A stretch of 64,000 bases of DNA from Candidatus Thorarchaeota archaeon SMTZ1-45 (GCA_001563335.1 LRSL01000109.1:60546-124545), one strand, 5' to 3'; shown: positions 1 through 10,037, counted from the stretch's first letter. The notes: a model not told the origin generated them from the sequence alone. Translations and numbers: made by a program.

Positions 1-1
1 T

Positions 2-958
2 AATGAGCTCTACCGAAGTGACAAGCGCCTTATCGAGGTTTGACTTTCCATTGGCTCCGGCGGCATTTGCATGTCCACCACCCTCACCCTCTATAATTTG
101 ACCGACTGGTTCCATTACATCAGAACCAAGACTGACTCCTGTCTTTTCGTAGAATTCTCTTCTACTACGTGAGCTGAGTCTCACAACATCTTTAGATGGA
201 CTACCACCAACAATGGCAACATCAGCGCCTAACTCAATGAGTCCTCGACATGCACTTGCTTCGAATGCATTGACTTTTGAAATAGCTACAATCCAATCAC
301 CAATTGTATGTACTTTAACTCGTCCGGCTGCCTTTAAGCGAGCAATTCTTTCAGATTTGTCAGGCTTGATTAATAGAGATTTCATGCATTCTTGATAATT
401 AGCTCCTGCAACAATCAGTTCAATAGCTGTGGATAGTGTTTCATAGCCTGCGAAGAAAAACCGGCGTGTGTCAAAAATCATACCTGTGAGCAATAGGTCA
501 GCAGTGTTAGCATCAATTTGAACTCCTAAGTCAGAATATAGTTTCACCATAATCTCACATGTAGATGACATCTCATCATGTAATATTTGGTGCTCAGCAA
601 TCAGATTGATCTCGGGGTTCCGTTCATGATGATCAATCACTATCGTCTTTTTGGGATTTTCTAGAATGTTTTTCAGTGAAGGTCCAAGTTGGAATCTGCT
701 GTTTGTATCAAGTAAAACAAATAAGTCGTGGTTCGAGCCGGCAGTATTTGAAACCTGTACCTTGGGTGCGAATGTCTGTAAAACCTGATTCGATAGTCGA
801 CTAATGTCGTCTGCTGCAAGGTGGAGGTTACCATTAGGATTTAGTGTTTTATAGAGCCTAGCAAATGCAATCATTGAACAGACTGCATCAGGATCAGCGT
901 TTTGATGTCCAAGAATGAGGAGGTTCTTTGAGTCCTTTAGGAGACTCTCTAGACTCAC
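2..958 (-). CDS. DHH family phosphoesterase (NrnA/RecJ-like, DHHA1 domain), runs off the window edge
   Basis: Not in the ORF track. Manual translation of segments from GTG at 958 gives MSLESLLKDSKNLLILGHQNADPDA...IVIDHH...GEGGGHANAAG, the diagnostic DHH and GGGH motifs. Overlaps the upstream stop (GTGA). Confidence 0.9.
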   Translation of the reverse strand, partial: MSLESLLKDSKNLLILGHQNADPDAVCSMIAFARLYKTLNPNGNLHLAADDISRLSNQVLQTFAPKVQVSNTAGSNHDLFVLLDTNSRFQLGPSLKNILENPKKTIVIDHHERNPEINLIAEHQILHDEMSSTCEIMVKLYSDLGVQIDANTADLLLTGMIFDTRRFFFAGYETLSTAIELIVAGANYQECMKSLLIKPDKSERIARLKAAGRVKVHTIGDWIVAISKVNAFEASACRGLIELGADVAIVGGSPSKDVVRLSSRSRREFYEKTGVSLGSDVMEPVGQIIEGEGGGHANAAGANGKSNLDKALVTSVELI

Positions 959-1266
959 TTTTTCTTCATCTCCGTCAGCCGATTCTCAAGCCACTTCACT
1001 CCAAAATCAGTTGCATCTTGTAGCAGGTCATCAAGGGGTTGACTTGTACCGAACAGTTGATCTATCTCTATCTCAACATCGAGGTCAAGCTGACCATCAA
1101 TTAGTTCCAAAGCACAGCTAACGAATAAAGTATCAATACTCTTCTCAGGAATCTTCTTCAGAATGAATTTGCTAATTTGTGATTCGCAATCTTCTGCAAG
1201 TTGCTCTAGAACATCCTCAGTCATATCTGGAAGTCCTAGTGTAATTATGGGACTCATCTTTCTCAC
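955..1266 (-). CDS. DUF3194-like archaeal conserved protein
   Basis: 103 aa acidic protein at the conserved position between prefoldin beta and the DHH gene. Confidence 0.65.
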   Translation of the reverse strand: MRKMSPIITLGLPDMTEDVLEQLAEDCESQISKFILKKIPEKSIDTLFVSCALELIDGQLDLDVEIEIDQLFGTSQPLDDLLQDATDFGVKWLENRLTEMKKK

Positions 1267-1625
1267 TGAAGACGTAGGTTACGCTTGGAAAGCTCAAGCT
1301 GAATCTTATTATCAAGTTCTGTGAGCTCAGGGGTAAGTGTTGCGAGCTTGGTTTCAGCTTGCTTTATGCTCTTCTCAAGACCCTTTGCTTCAGTTTCAAG
1401 TTCGCTAACCATTGCAGGTTTTTCGACTCGGAACATGACCTGTCCCACAGCCTTGTAGGTAACCGTGTCATCAGGTTGTTTCCTTAAATTTTCAAGTGTT
1501 TCATTCAGCTGCTTAACCCGTTCCTTATAGGTTTCAACCATGTTAGTAAATGCGTCATGCTGACGTTTTAGATTATACAACTTCCGAATGTCAGAGTCCA
1601 ATTCTGGAGGAATATTCTGAGCCAT
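1263..1625 (-). CDS. pfdB: Prefoldin beta subunit
   Basis: Coiled coil with central hairpin VTYKAVGQVMF; superoperon context. Confidence 0.9.
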   Translation of the reverse strand: MAQNIPPELDSDIRKLYNLKRQHDAFTNMVETYKERVKQLNETLENLRKQPDDTVTYKAVGQVMFRVEKPAMVSELETEAKGLEKSIKQAETKLATLTPELTELDNKIQLELSKRNLRLQ

Positions 1626-1709
1626 AGTTAGTGCACTCCTGTTTTCTCAAAAAGCTCCTTTCAAACTGCGCCTTATTAGTTGGGACTTAAGCATTTTGAT
1701 TGGTCGATT

Positions 1710-1970
1710 TCAGCCTACTTGCTCAATTGATTTGATGCAGGCGGAAACCCATGCAATATAGGAGTTCATTGCAGCACGCAATGAGGTTATGTCGCTAGCC
1801 TCGATTTCGATGATCAGAACTTTATCTCGAACAGATACTTGAGTTGTTGCTCTTTCAGATGGACTCGACCGAGTTTCAGGTTTGAGAGCAGCAAGGAGTA
1901 TTTCTGCTGTTTGTTTTGAGTCGACTGGAATCTCAATCACTGATTTTCCTGAAACAATACTTGAACCCAT
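1710..1970 (-). CDS. pcc1: KEOPS complex subunit Pcc1
   Basis: ALKPE...IEASDITSLRAAMNSY motif; ATG at 1970 preferred over 1979. Confidence 0.85.
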   Translation of the reverse strand: MGSSIVSGKSVIEIPVDSKQTAEILLAALKPETRSSPSERATTQVSVRDKVLIIEIEASDITSLRAAMNSYIAWVSACIKSIEQVG

Positions 1971-1971
1971 C

Positions 1972-2529
1972 CTACACATTACTCCTGATTGATGTTACCT
2001 TGATTCTTGGACCTATTTCGATTCTTTCTGTAGAATGATAATGTGTCCAAAGAATCTTTCCAGAAGGCTGGTCTTCTAACCAAATTAGTGACAAATTTTC
2101 CTCTATCAGAGCATCTTTGGGATGAGCTATCTCAACCATAGCAATACCAAGAAATGATGATAATATCAATCCAAGTTCTCTAGTTTTGATATGGCTTCCT
2201 GATTTTATGAAGACTCCAGCAGTTCCGACGAGTCTTGTTTTCTTGTTCGCATTAACCTCACGTCTGAGTTTTGCACTCTCAATCTTTATTGTAACAAGTT
2301 CTTCTCCTTTAGAAGATTTGAAACTAAGTATACTTGGATTTCCTTTCCACATCGAAATAACAAGCGCAGCCTTGGCACCAGACTGCGCTACACGAGCAGC
2401 TAGTTCAGTTAAACCCATTCCACCCCGGTTGAATCGTTCAGTTCCAGGAAGGACTGCCCATAGATCACGTGAAAAAGAGCGCACTCGGTTGCTTGTCTTC
2501 CGTGAGGTTGTAATAAGCAGATTGGGCAA
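1972..2529 (-). CDS. Brix-domain ribosome biogenesis protein (Imp4-like)
   Basis: LLITTSRKTSNRVRSFSRDL...NRG...GNP...GPRI Brix motifs. Confidence 0.88.
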   Translation of the reverse strand: MPNLLITTSRKTSNRVRSFSRDLWAVLPGTERFNRGGMGLTELAARVAQSGAKAALVISMWKGNPSILSFKSSKGEELVTIKIESAKLRREVNANKKTRLVGTAGVFIKSGSHIKTRELGLILSSFLGIAMVEIAHPKDALIEENLSLIWLEDQPSGKILWTHYHSTERIEIGPRIKVTSIRSNV

Positions 2530-2546
2530 GATATTTCGGCCTGAAG

Positions 2547-2948
2547 TTACTCTACATCATTAAGAGTTTCTGTATCATCAGTGGTGACTGCTTCAGTGTC
2601 GATTTCGACCTTTTCCGTTTCAACATTAGGAAGGAAATCAACTACTTCTTCAATGTCTTCATCTTCTCGAAGTGAAAGAAAATCACCTGAAACCCTCTGA
2701 GCAATAGCTCTCTTTGCAGCTTTTCCAGCCTCAGTAAATGGTACATATGCACCACCAGCAAAGAGCAGGTCGCATTTACTGCACTCCCAAAGGCCAACAG
2801 CTTTTCTCTTCAACGCTTTCGTAGCACATGAAGGACAACGTGTTGGTTCCTTCCTTCGGCTGTCGATATCAAGGGCTCTACGCCGCAGCTTGGCACCATA
2901 CCTTGATCCATATCTTCCTGTGCTACCAACCTTCTTAGTTCGTGCCAT
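2547..2948 (-). CDS. rpl37ae: 50S ribosomal protein L37Ae (eL43) with acidic C-terminal extension
   Basis: KKVGSTGRYGSRYG, CPSC...GLWECSKC...AGGAY. Confidence 0.95.
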   Translation of the reverse strand: MARTKKVGSTGRYGSRYGAKLRRRALDIDSRRKEPTRCPSCATKALKRKAVGLWECSKCDLLFAGGAYVPFTEAGKAAKRAIAQRVSGDFLSLREDEDIEEVVDFLPNVETEKVEIDTEAVTTDDTETLNDVE

Positions 2949-3065
2949 TTCTTGGACTCCTTTGCTGTTTACTTTACTCTCATGAAAAGAGTGGTTAGGC
3001 TGCTGGAACCTATCAGTCGCCCAGCAGTTCCTCTTATTATCTTATCTATCGGTAAATAGAAGTTG

Positions 3066-3092
3066 GATGATTGGGAACTAGTCCAAATCATC
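3066..3092 (-). terminator. Stem-loop downstream of rrp42
   Basis: GATGATTGGGA...TCCAAATCATC imperfect inverted repeat about 10 nt after the rrp42 stop. Confidence 0.4.
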
Positions 3093-3102
3093 TACATTTA
3101 AA

Positions 3103-3939
3103 CTATTCAACTGATTTTACAGCCTCGTCAATGACTTTATGAAGGTCCTTGTTTGCCTCCTGAGCAATGTCCATAGCTTGATCAATAAGCTCAAGGGACA
3201 TTGGTCCGGATCCGCCACCTTTTTGCATGGCTGTGAAGTTATTATTCCTATCAACTGCCATGGTCAATCTACAATCTTGAACGAACTCTTCCTTTAGAAT
3301 TGTATCAAGGATTAGAATGTCATCAATCTTCGCGACTGTTACCTCAACAGCGACATTCTTTATCGGAAGAGACAGTAGTTCTCCGGTTTCTATGAGTTTA
3401 CCATCTTCAACCTTCATTTCAGGATACTTTGTTGTGAGGAGCGCTGCATTGACAGCGATAGACGATGCATCAATGAGGTTGCCATCGTATTCTATAGGAT
3501 ATATATCTGCAAATACCATGTAGGCTTTCTTACCCTCCTCAATGCTGAGCTCCTTAGTGTCTACAGTTTCAGATTCTCTTACGCCTCTGTCCACAACTCG
3601 TGCAAGCTCAATGGCATCCTCCTTAGGAGGGCCAAGCTCGAAAAGAGGTGATGCAATTGGTGACATCTCAGCGGTTACCATGGTAACGCCCTCATCAGGA
3701 GAATCAGGATAGGGGTCTCCAACGAGAACCTTCACACCAGCAACCACACTGGTATCACCCAATCTTACAAAAGCTGAACCTTCAGCTTTTGCAGGTACTA
3801 CATTGACTTCAACCTCAATATCACGATACTCATTGAATGCTCTACCATCAATTCGCTCACCCTTATGTAGAAGGTCCGAGATGAACTCACGATCAATATG
3901 ACTAATTGTTTGAGAACTATAATCGCCCATTCTACTCAT
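3103..3939 (-). CDS. rrp42: Exosome complex component Rrp42
   Basis: RIDGRAFNEYR, AEGSAFVRLGDT, ELARVVDRGVRES, DGNLIDA. Confidence 0.95.
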   Translation of the reverse strand: MSRMGDYSSQTISHIDREFISDLLHKGERIDGRAFNEYRDIEVEVNVVPAKAEGSAFVRLGDTSVVAGVKVLVGDPYPDSPDEGVTMVTAEMSPIASPLFELGPPKEDAIELARVVDRGVRESETVDTKELSIEEGKKAYMVFADIYPIEYDGNLIDASSIAVNAALLTTKYPEMKVEDGKLIETGELLSLPIKNVAVEVTVAKIDDILILDTILKEEFVQDCRLTMAVDRNNNFTAMQKGGGSGPMSLELIDQAMDIAQEANKDLHKVIDEAVKSVE

Positions 3940-4753
3940 CCTCCATCAATTCTGCTTCGCCAAGATCTGTTTCTAGATCATCATCAAAGTCATCATCCTC
4001 ATCATCTTCATCATCCTCTTCATCAGGTGTCTTCTTGACGTACGCCCTTCGAAGAGCTTCTTTTTGTAGTTCATGAAGGTACTTGCAAGCGTTTATTCCC
4101 ATTTGCATTGCTTCTTGGAGTTCTTCACGAGTAAAGGATCCATCTTGTTGTAGGAGAGTTAGCTCCTCTGTATTCGGAATGATGGCCATTGGCACATCAC
4201 CCTGACCATACTTGTCCTCCTCGTCACCAAGATCCACGATTAGTTGACCATCAGCCTTTCCAACAGCTACAGAAGGAATTAGACTCTTCATTGGAATTCC
4301 AGCATCTGCAAGTGCTAATGAAGCTGCATTGATTGCGGCACAACGAGTACCTCCATCAGCTTGAATCACTTGGATGAAAACATCTACAACAGCTTTTGGA
4401 AACTCCTCAAGGAATAATGCGGGTTTCAAAGCATTGGCTATGACCATGGAAATCTCTTTCTCTCTGCGAGAAGGAGCAGGCCGTTTTCTGTCTGGAACAG
4501 AAAATGTAGCCATCCGATATTCAACTCGTAAATATGCTCTATCATTTAGTGTCAAGTGTCTTGGATGAAGCTCCCTAGGACCATAAACACCAGCAATAAT
4601 GTAGGTCTTTCCTTGACGGATTGATGCTGAGCCATCAGCTTGTTTTAGTACTCCTACTTTTAGCTCAATCGGTCTCATTTCATCAGGTCTTCGACCGTCC
4701 ACTCTCAAGCCCTCAGGACTAATCAAAAAGTCAGGCTTTATTTCAGGACTCAT
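3932..4753 (-). CDS. rrp41: Exosome complex exonuclease Rrp41
   Basis: RVDGRRPDEMR, GPRELHPRH, QADGGTRCA, DLGDEED catalytic region; acidic tail. Confidence 0.96.
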   Translation of the reverse strand: MSPEIKPDFLISPEGLRVDGRRPDEMRPIELKVGVLKQADGSASIRQGKTYIIAGVYGPRELHPRHLTLNDRAYLRVEYRMATFSVPDRKRPAPSRREKEISMVIANALKPALFLEEFPKAVVDVFIQVIQADGGTRCAAINAASLALADAGIPMKSLIPSVAVGKADGQLIVDLGDEEDKYGQGDVPMAIIPNTEELTLLQQDGSFTREELQEAMQMGINACKYLHELQKEALRRAYVKKTPDEEDDEDDEDDDFDDDLETDLGEAELMEDE

Positions 4754-5649
4754 TCTTCACTCACTTCCTCATTCTTTTTCTCATCTTCTTCTTCAATTAC
4801 TTGAGCCTCAGCCTCGACCTCAACTGATTCGTCCTCTACAGCTTCTGTCATGACCTCGTACTCAGATTCAGGTTCCAGTTCTACGTCTGATTCATCCTCA
4901 TCAGAGATATCATCTGGAACATCGACTTCTTCCGAGTCAATTTCGTTTCCGGGCGAACTACTGGCCTTTATTTTAGCCATCTCTTCCGAAAGCATCTCAC
5001 TTATCCGGTCTGTTAGTTTGGATGTATGTGCTTGAGCTTCAATTGTCCTAAAAGCCTTAATCGCAAGCCTCAAAACTTCCGTGCTTGGAGCACGAATCCA
5101 AATTCGCCCGTTTTGACCCACCATTGTTTGGATATTCAGGTGATCTTTGATCATGTTAATCATAGACCCTCTTCTACCAATTATTCGTGGGATTTTGGCA
5201 GGACTCACATTCAAAATCATCCCACCTTGGAGAACTCTAAGTCCACGTCCCTTCATCCCGAGGAATGGACCACTGCCTCTGTCGAAGGCTATAATTTCTG
5301 CAGCAATTACATCTCCAATATCCATATACTCAGAGATGTCATCAGAGTAAGGTCTCCTTAACGCATTGTTTGCGTGCAGAGATGCTCCATATGGACCACC
5401 TATATCCACCTTCCAGTTATTGCCTGCCACTAGAGTTATTATACCAATTACTAAATCTCCTTCTTTTGGGATGTAAGCACCTTCGAGAGCGACTACTTTA
5501 ACCGTGTTGCCTCTAAGTTCTGCTAAACCAACGAGAGAGGAGAATATCTTGCCGTCCTCACCATATGTGCCAAAGGAGGCTCTATACCTACCCTCTGCAA
5601 GTAGTTGGCCGGGGACGACTACTTCTCGTTTCTGGAAATATACTGCCAA
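4750..5649 (-). CDS. rrp4: Exosome RNA-binding protein Rrp4 (S1+KH)
   Basis: VVPGQLL, YIPKEGDLVIG, PRIIGRRGSMI, GQNGRIWI; long acidic tail. Confidence 0.95.
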   Translation of the reverse strand: MAVYFQKREVVVPGQLLAEGRYRASFGTYGEDGKIFSSLVGLAELRGNTVKVVALEGAYIPKEGDLVIGIITLVAGNNWKVDIGGPYGASLHANNALRRPYSDDISEYMDIGDVIAAEIIAFDRGSGPFLGMKGRGLRVLQGGMILNVSPAKIPRIIGRRGSMINMIKDHLNIQTMVGQNGRIWIRAPSTEVLRLAIKAFRTIEAQAHTSKLTDRISEMLSEEMAKIKASSSPGNEIDSEEVDVPDDISDEDESDVELEPESEYEVMTEAVEDESVEVEAEAQVIEEEDEKKNEEVSEE

Positions 5650-5709
5650 TGATTTATTCCCTCATTCTGTAATGATTATGATTTTTGATTGTTCTCTCTT
5701 CATTCACGC

Positions 5710-6441
5710 TCATCTGACGACTTCAATTCTGATTTGTCCCTTCGTCAGTTTGTTGAGCTCATCATAGAGTTCTTGTCGCCTTTGTGCAGGAATCTCAACG
5801 AGTCCTGTCCATGACCCATCTTGACCCCATGATTCAGATTTGATTACACCTGCGGTTGCTACCATGTTGTATCCTTTCCCAGAGTATGAAGCAGGCAATG
5901 TGATCTGTAGTTTCACACTTTCAAAAGAGATGGGAATGATTACACGTAGTGCCTTCACAATGTTCGGAATCTGTTCATCCACATTAATGAAAGGGTCAAC
6001 ACGAACTTTTGCTTCTTGCATAGCTTGTCGGATTCTATCTGGGGGATGTGGGTGACCTGTTTGGGGATTCATAGCACGCTTTGATATATGGTCGATTATT
6101 GTTTCAGTCTTCTCTGCAACCATTTGATCTCGTTGTTCATGTGTTAGTCGAAATTCACCTTGTTTGATGATTTCTGGAGCTATGTCAAAGATTTCATCAG
6201 ATCCAAATGCGTCCTTCACAAGACTGTCTGTTGCATGCTCTCCTCGTTTTGCATCCTCATAAACTTCGTAGGATTTTAGAATATCTTCGAGAGGAATATC
6301 TTCACCACGTCGGTAATCAAATGCAAGATTTGGGTCTACTAATAACTCGAATCGAAGATGTCCTTTTTGTAATCCAACTACAACTGCATCAAGATCGACC
6401 CATTTCTCTCCTGTCTTCCTGCCTGATCCTCCACGCATCAT
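5710..6441 (-). CDS. sdo1: Ribosome maturation protein SBDS/Sdo1
   Basis: FELLVDP, NPQTGHPHPPDRIRQAM, IPISFE. Confidence 0.95.
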   Translation of the reverse strand: MMRGGSGRKTGEKWVDLDAVVVGLQKGHLRFELLVDPNLAFDYRRGEDIPLEDILKSYEVYEDAKRGEHATDSLVKDAFGSDEIFDIAPEIIKQGEFRLTHEQRDQMVAEKTETIIDHISKRAMNPQTGHPHPPDRIRQAMQEAKVRVDPFINVDEQIPNIVKALRVIIPISFESVKLQITLPASYSGKGYNMVATAGVIKSESWGQDGSWTGLVEIPAQRRQELYDELNKLTKGQIRIEVVR

Positions 6442-6455
6442 TTGTAGGTCAACTC

Positions 6456-7187
6456 TTATGCTTTCTTAGGCTTGGTAGGTTGAAGGTAGGATTTGATCTC
6501 AGAGCTTGATAGTTTCTTGAATTTCCGAGATTTCACTGGAATCTTGGCGATCTCAACGTTGTCTTCATTTAGGCTCTTCTCACCAGATTCATGAAGTGAA
6601 CCTATTGCAAGTTCAACTGCATCATTTAGACTAAGTTTCCGATTGTATCTCTTTTCAAGATACTCACCAGCAGTTGCAGCACCCCTTCCAATGATTGAAG
6701 CTAAGAAGCCCCAATATGTGCCTACAGGGTCTGTGACAAACAATCTTGGCGATCCATCATGATCAACTGAACCAATTATCATGGCTACACCATAGGGTCT
6801 AGCACCACCACCTTGGGTAAACTGTGCTTTGATGTCACATATATGCTCAGCCAAAACTTCTGCTGGTACTGATTCTTCAAATGTTAGCCAGTACGATTGT
6901 GCTTTTACTCTTGCTTCTGCTATAAGCTTTCGAGCATCAGCCATCAAACCAGATGTGGCGACGCCAACATGCTCATCTATCTTTGAGATTTTTTCCACGC
7001 TATCAGGCTCTTGTAAAGGTTGAATCTTTTTCTCAGCGAGTAGAACAATTCCTTCGTCTACAAGAATACCTATTGATGTAGCACCTTGTTCGACTGCTTT
7101 CTTCGCATATTCCGCAGCGAATATTCGTCCATCAGGACTAAAGATGCTGGTACTCATATCATAACCAGCGCCAGAGATCCCAAACAT
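6456..7187 (-). CDS. psmA: Proteasome subunit alpha
   Basis: GYDMSTSIFSPDGRIFAAEYA, SGLMADAR, RPYGVA. ATG at 7187 is preceded by GGAGG. Confidence 0.96.
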   Translation of the reverse strand: MFGISGAGYDMSTSIFSPDGRIFAAEYAKKAVEQGATSIGILVDEGIVLLAEKKIQPLQEPDSVEKISKIDEHVGVATSGLMADARKLIAEARVKAQSYWLTFEESVPAEVLAEHICDIKAQFTQGGGARPYGVAMIIGSVDHDGSPRLFVTDPVGTYWGFLASIIGRGAATAGEYLEKRYNRKLSLNDAVELAIGSLHESGEKSLNEDNVEIAKIPVKSRKFKKLSSSEIKSYLQPTKPKKA

Positions 7188-7388
7188 AGTTTCATCCTCC
7201 AAGAAGCAACCAGAACACAACGGAAGTCAGAACTTTTCCAAAGATATTCAATCCAACAATTCCGAAGAGTTGTGACAACTTCTTTGCTACCAGCCCTAGG
7301 CTTTCCTGCCACTAGGCTTTAAAACGGAAACCAAGACCTATCCACATAAAGCTTCTGGTGCATCTGTATAATTGACTGTACACTGAAT

Positions 7389-7787
7389 TTAGTCTTGAAG
7401 AAGGTAGAGATACACTACAAAACCTAGGGACAATACAACTGTTGCAGCACCAACGAAAAGACCAAACATTGCGGATGTCACAATTGCTATGATTATCAGA
7501 AGGACAATGACATCAGTCCAACCAGCTCTAATATTGGTCAGCGCTAGTCGTAGATTGATCACAGTTACTGAAAGGAAGATGAATGCCATGAGCATTATTA
7601 TAACTTCAATCAAAACTGTAAGAGCGGGGTTCAACTCATTAATTGCACCAACGGGGCTTGTAGCAATGACCTCTGGTGAAGACCAAGCCCAAAAAGTTAG
7701 TCCCAAGATGAAAAATACTATAGTGAAAACGACCGTAATTATCGTGGAACGTATCATTTCGCTTCTTTCAGGGATTTCGTCGCTCAC
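7389..7787 (-). CDS. Small multi-pass membrane protein, unknown function
   Basis: 132 aa, about 4 hydrophobic segments. Confidence 0.7.
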   Translation of the reverse strand: MSDEIPERSEMIRSTIITVVFTIVFFILGLTFWAWSSPEVIATSPVGAINELNPALTVLIEVIIMLMAFIFLSVTVINLRLALTNIRAGWTDVIVLLIIIAIVTSAMFGLFVGAATVVLSLGFVVYLYLLQD

Positions 7788-7886
7788 TGTTCTTCACACG
7801 ACCTTGGAACCCGAGGACTTACGTATCACTCTTAAACATACCGACCGATTGAACGTTGTTCAAGCTTTCAATTAGCACCATCGAAA

Positions 7887-8858
7887 TCAATGATCATGAT
7901 GATGCTCATGTCCCTCATTGGTAGACAATGATTCTATGAATGTGTCAGTTGGGTCATTCGATTCAGTTTTAGAATCAGGCAGATCGACATGAACTCTCTC
8001 TCTCATTCGTTTGATTTGGAGAGCTAGTAAATAGGATAGTGCAGCCAGAATACCTGCGATGGCACTTGGTGAAACATAGACCACAAATGATGTTGCTATA
8101 CCAACAAGTTCAGCTACTAGAGCTATTAGAAACACAGAGAGAATTACACCGCTAACCGATTTCACTAATTCATTAGAGGCTGCTGCAGGAGCAACCATTA
8201 TTGCATAGACTAGAATAGCACCCACAGCCTTCGTAGCAAGAGCTATAGCAAGAGCTGAAACTATGAGCATCAGGTAATGATAGGCACGTGCGTTCATTCC
8301 GTGTGCAACTGAACCCTCCATATCAACACTGACGTATACAAATTCCTTATTGAACATCAAAGTGATGAAACCTAGTAGAACGGATGTGCTTGCTAGCATA
8401 ATGACATCAATGTTATTGAGAAGAAGGATATCACCAATCAAGTAACCCCAAATCTGTGGAACTCTGTAAGGAGGGATATAGTACATCAAAAAGACTGCAA
8501 GGCTCATTGATAAAGCGAAGGAAACTCCCACTGCGACTTCCATTTTTTGTGTTATTCCTGATTCTCCAGCGTACCCTGTAAAGACTGCCACTAGTACACT
8601 AAACAATAAAGCTCCAAGTATTGGGTCAAACCAAGGAATAAGCCCGGAGTCCTGTAAGAAAATACCGAGAGCTGTCCCACCAAGTGCGGCGTGTGCTACA
8701 CCAGATGCCATGAAAGAGAGTCCACGAAAAACAAGAAATGTTCCACTTGCTGCTGCAACTATAGCAACCAAAACTGTTGCTATAATTGCTCTTTGGAGAA
8801 ATGGACTATCGATGATTAACTGGAGTATATCAATCATGACGATCAATTCCTGAGTCAC
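7887..8858 (-). CDS. Metal ABC transporter permease (ZnuB/MntB family)
   Basis: RGLSFMASGVAHAALGG, GYLIGDILL, VGAILV...PAAA; His-rich C-terminus HEHHHDH. Confidence 0.9.
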   Translation of the reverse strand: MTQELIVMIDILQLIIDSPFLQRAIIATVLVAIVAAASGTFLVFRGLSFMASGVAHAALGGTALGIFLQDSGLIPWFDPILGALLFSVLVAVFTGYAGESGITQKMEVAVGVSFALSMSLAVFLMYYIPPYRVPQIWGYLIGDILLLNNIDVIMLASTSVLLGFITLMFNKEFVYVSVDMEGSVAHGMNARAYHYLMLIVSALAIALATKAVGAILVYAIMVAPAAASNELVKSVSGVILSVFLIALVAELVGIATSFVVYVSPSAIAGILAALSYLLALQIKRMRERVHVDLPDSKTESNDPTDTFIESLSTNEGHEHHHDH

Positions 8859-9636
8859 GAGTCATGCAATACCGATGCCCCGCATACTCCACAATTCTTG
8901 CAGTAGGTCCATATACCCTTTTCATTAACTCTGGGTCCATCACACTGCAAGGCGCACCAGTTCCGATGACCGTATTCTTCAGTAGCAAGACATCTTGAAC
9001 TAGAGTATGAACAGGATTGAGGTCATGTGTGACCATTATTATGCTAACATCATTCTCTTTGTGATACCTACCAAGAGCTTCAACAATTTGATCTTGGCTC
9101 TCTGCATCTGTACCTGCTAGTGGTTCATCAAGCACAAGAATTGAGCCCTCACTAGCCAAAGCCCGAGCCACTAGGACTCTTTGCCTTTGACCCCCTGAGA
9201 GCTCTGGAAAAGGACGATCCCATAGATCAATCATATTAACCTGTTCCAGTGCATTTCTAGCAATTCTGATGTCATTTGATGAGGCAAATCGAGGAGGCAT
9301 CTTTTTGAGAAGTCTACCCATTAGAACTATATCTTTCACCTTCATTGGTACTGTGAGTTCTATTTGATCTCTCTGAGGTACGTACCTCACCATTTTCCTA
9401 ATTTTTCCAGATTCTTTTACGGAGTCGAGACCATTGACTTTGATACAGCCTCTGAATGGATGTATGAGTCCTAAAAAGGTCTTGAGCAAAGTAGACTTTC
9501 CAGACCCATTTGGCCCTATAATCGCCATGAAACTTGGAGATTTTATCTGAAAGGTAACATTATGCAGGGCGAGTTCGCCATTGGGATAACGAACAGCTAA
9601 ATTTTGTGCTAGTAATAATGGTTCAGTGGTCATCAA
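8830..9636 (-). CDS. Metal ABC transporter ATP-binding protein (ZnuC family)
   Basis: GPNGSGKST, YVPQ, LSGGQRQR, LDEP, VTHD. Confidence 0.92.
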   Translation of the reverse strand: MMTTEPLLLAQNLAVRYPNGELALHNVTFQIKSPSFMAIIGPNGSGKSTLLKTFLGLIHPFRGCIKVNGLDSVKESGKIRKMVRYVPQRDQIELTVPMKVKDIVLMGRLLKKMPPRFASSNDIRIARNALEQVNMIDLWDRPFPELSGGQRQRVLVARALASEGSILVLDEPLAGTDAESQDQIVEALGRYHKENDVSIIMVTHDLNPVHTLVQDVLLLKNTVIGTGAPCSVMDPELMKRVYGPTARIVEYAGHRYCMTRDSGIDRHD

Positions 9637-10037
9637 GGTTTTCCTCCGATTAAACTGACTTCGACTTTCAGGACTTTCTTCTGTGCACGAAGTTTCTTGA
9701 GAAAGTCACGTACAATATTGGCCTTAGCAGTCACAATCATTACTTCAATACAACTACCATCACTCGTGTGGGAGTGGACGGTTGCTGAAATAGTGTCTTT
9801 AAACTCATGCTGAACTGCACTTATGTTGTGACCTTGCCCTTTCTTATAATAGAGTGCTGTGACTACAACAGTTATGACTCCCTTCGCTCTCTCAATTTTT
9901 TGATGCTCTGACATTAGGGCTCTAACAGCATGACGGACCACATCAGAACGGTTTGAGAATTCCCCCTCTTTAAGGAGAAACTCTAGTTCCTCAAGATCAG
10001 ACTCCGTCATGGAAATAGCAACAGGTTTGAATGACAT
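9633..10037 (-). CDS. NikR-family ribbon-helix-helix metal-responsive regulator
   Basis: RHH N-terminus (NRSDVVRHAVR) plus ACT-like domain with QH...HSH...C metal site. Confidence 0.85.
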   Translation of the reverse strand: MSFKPVAISMTESDLEELEFLLKEGEFSNRSDVVRHAVRALMSEHQKIERAKGVITVVVTALYYKKGQGHNISAVQHEFKDTISATVHSHTSDGSCIEVMIVTAKANIVRDFLKKLRAQKKVLKVEVSLIGGKP

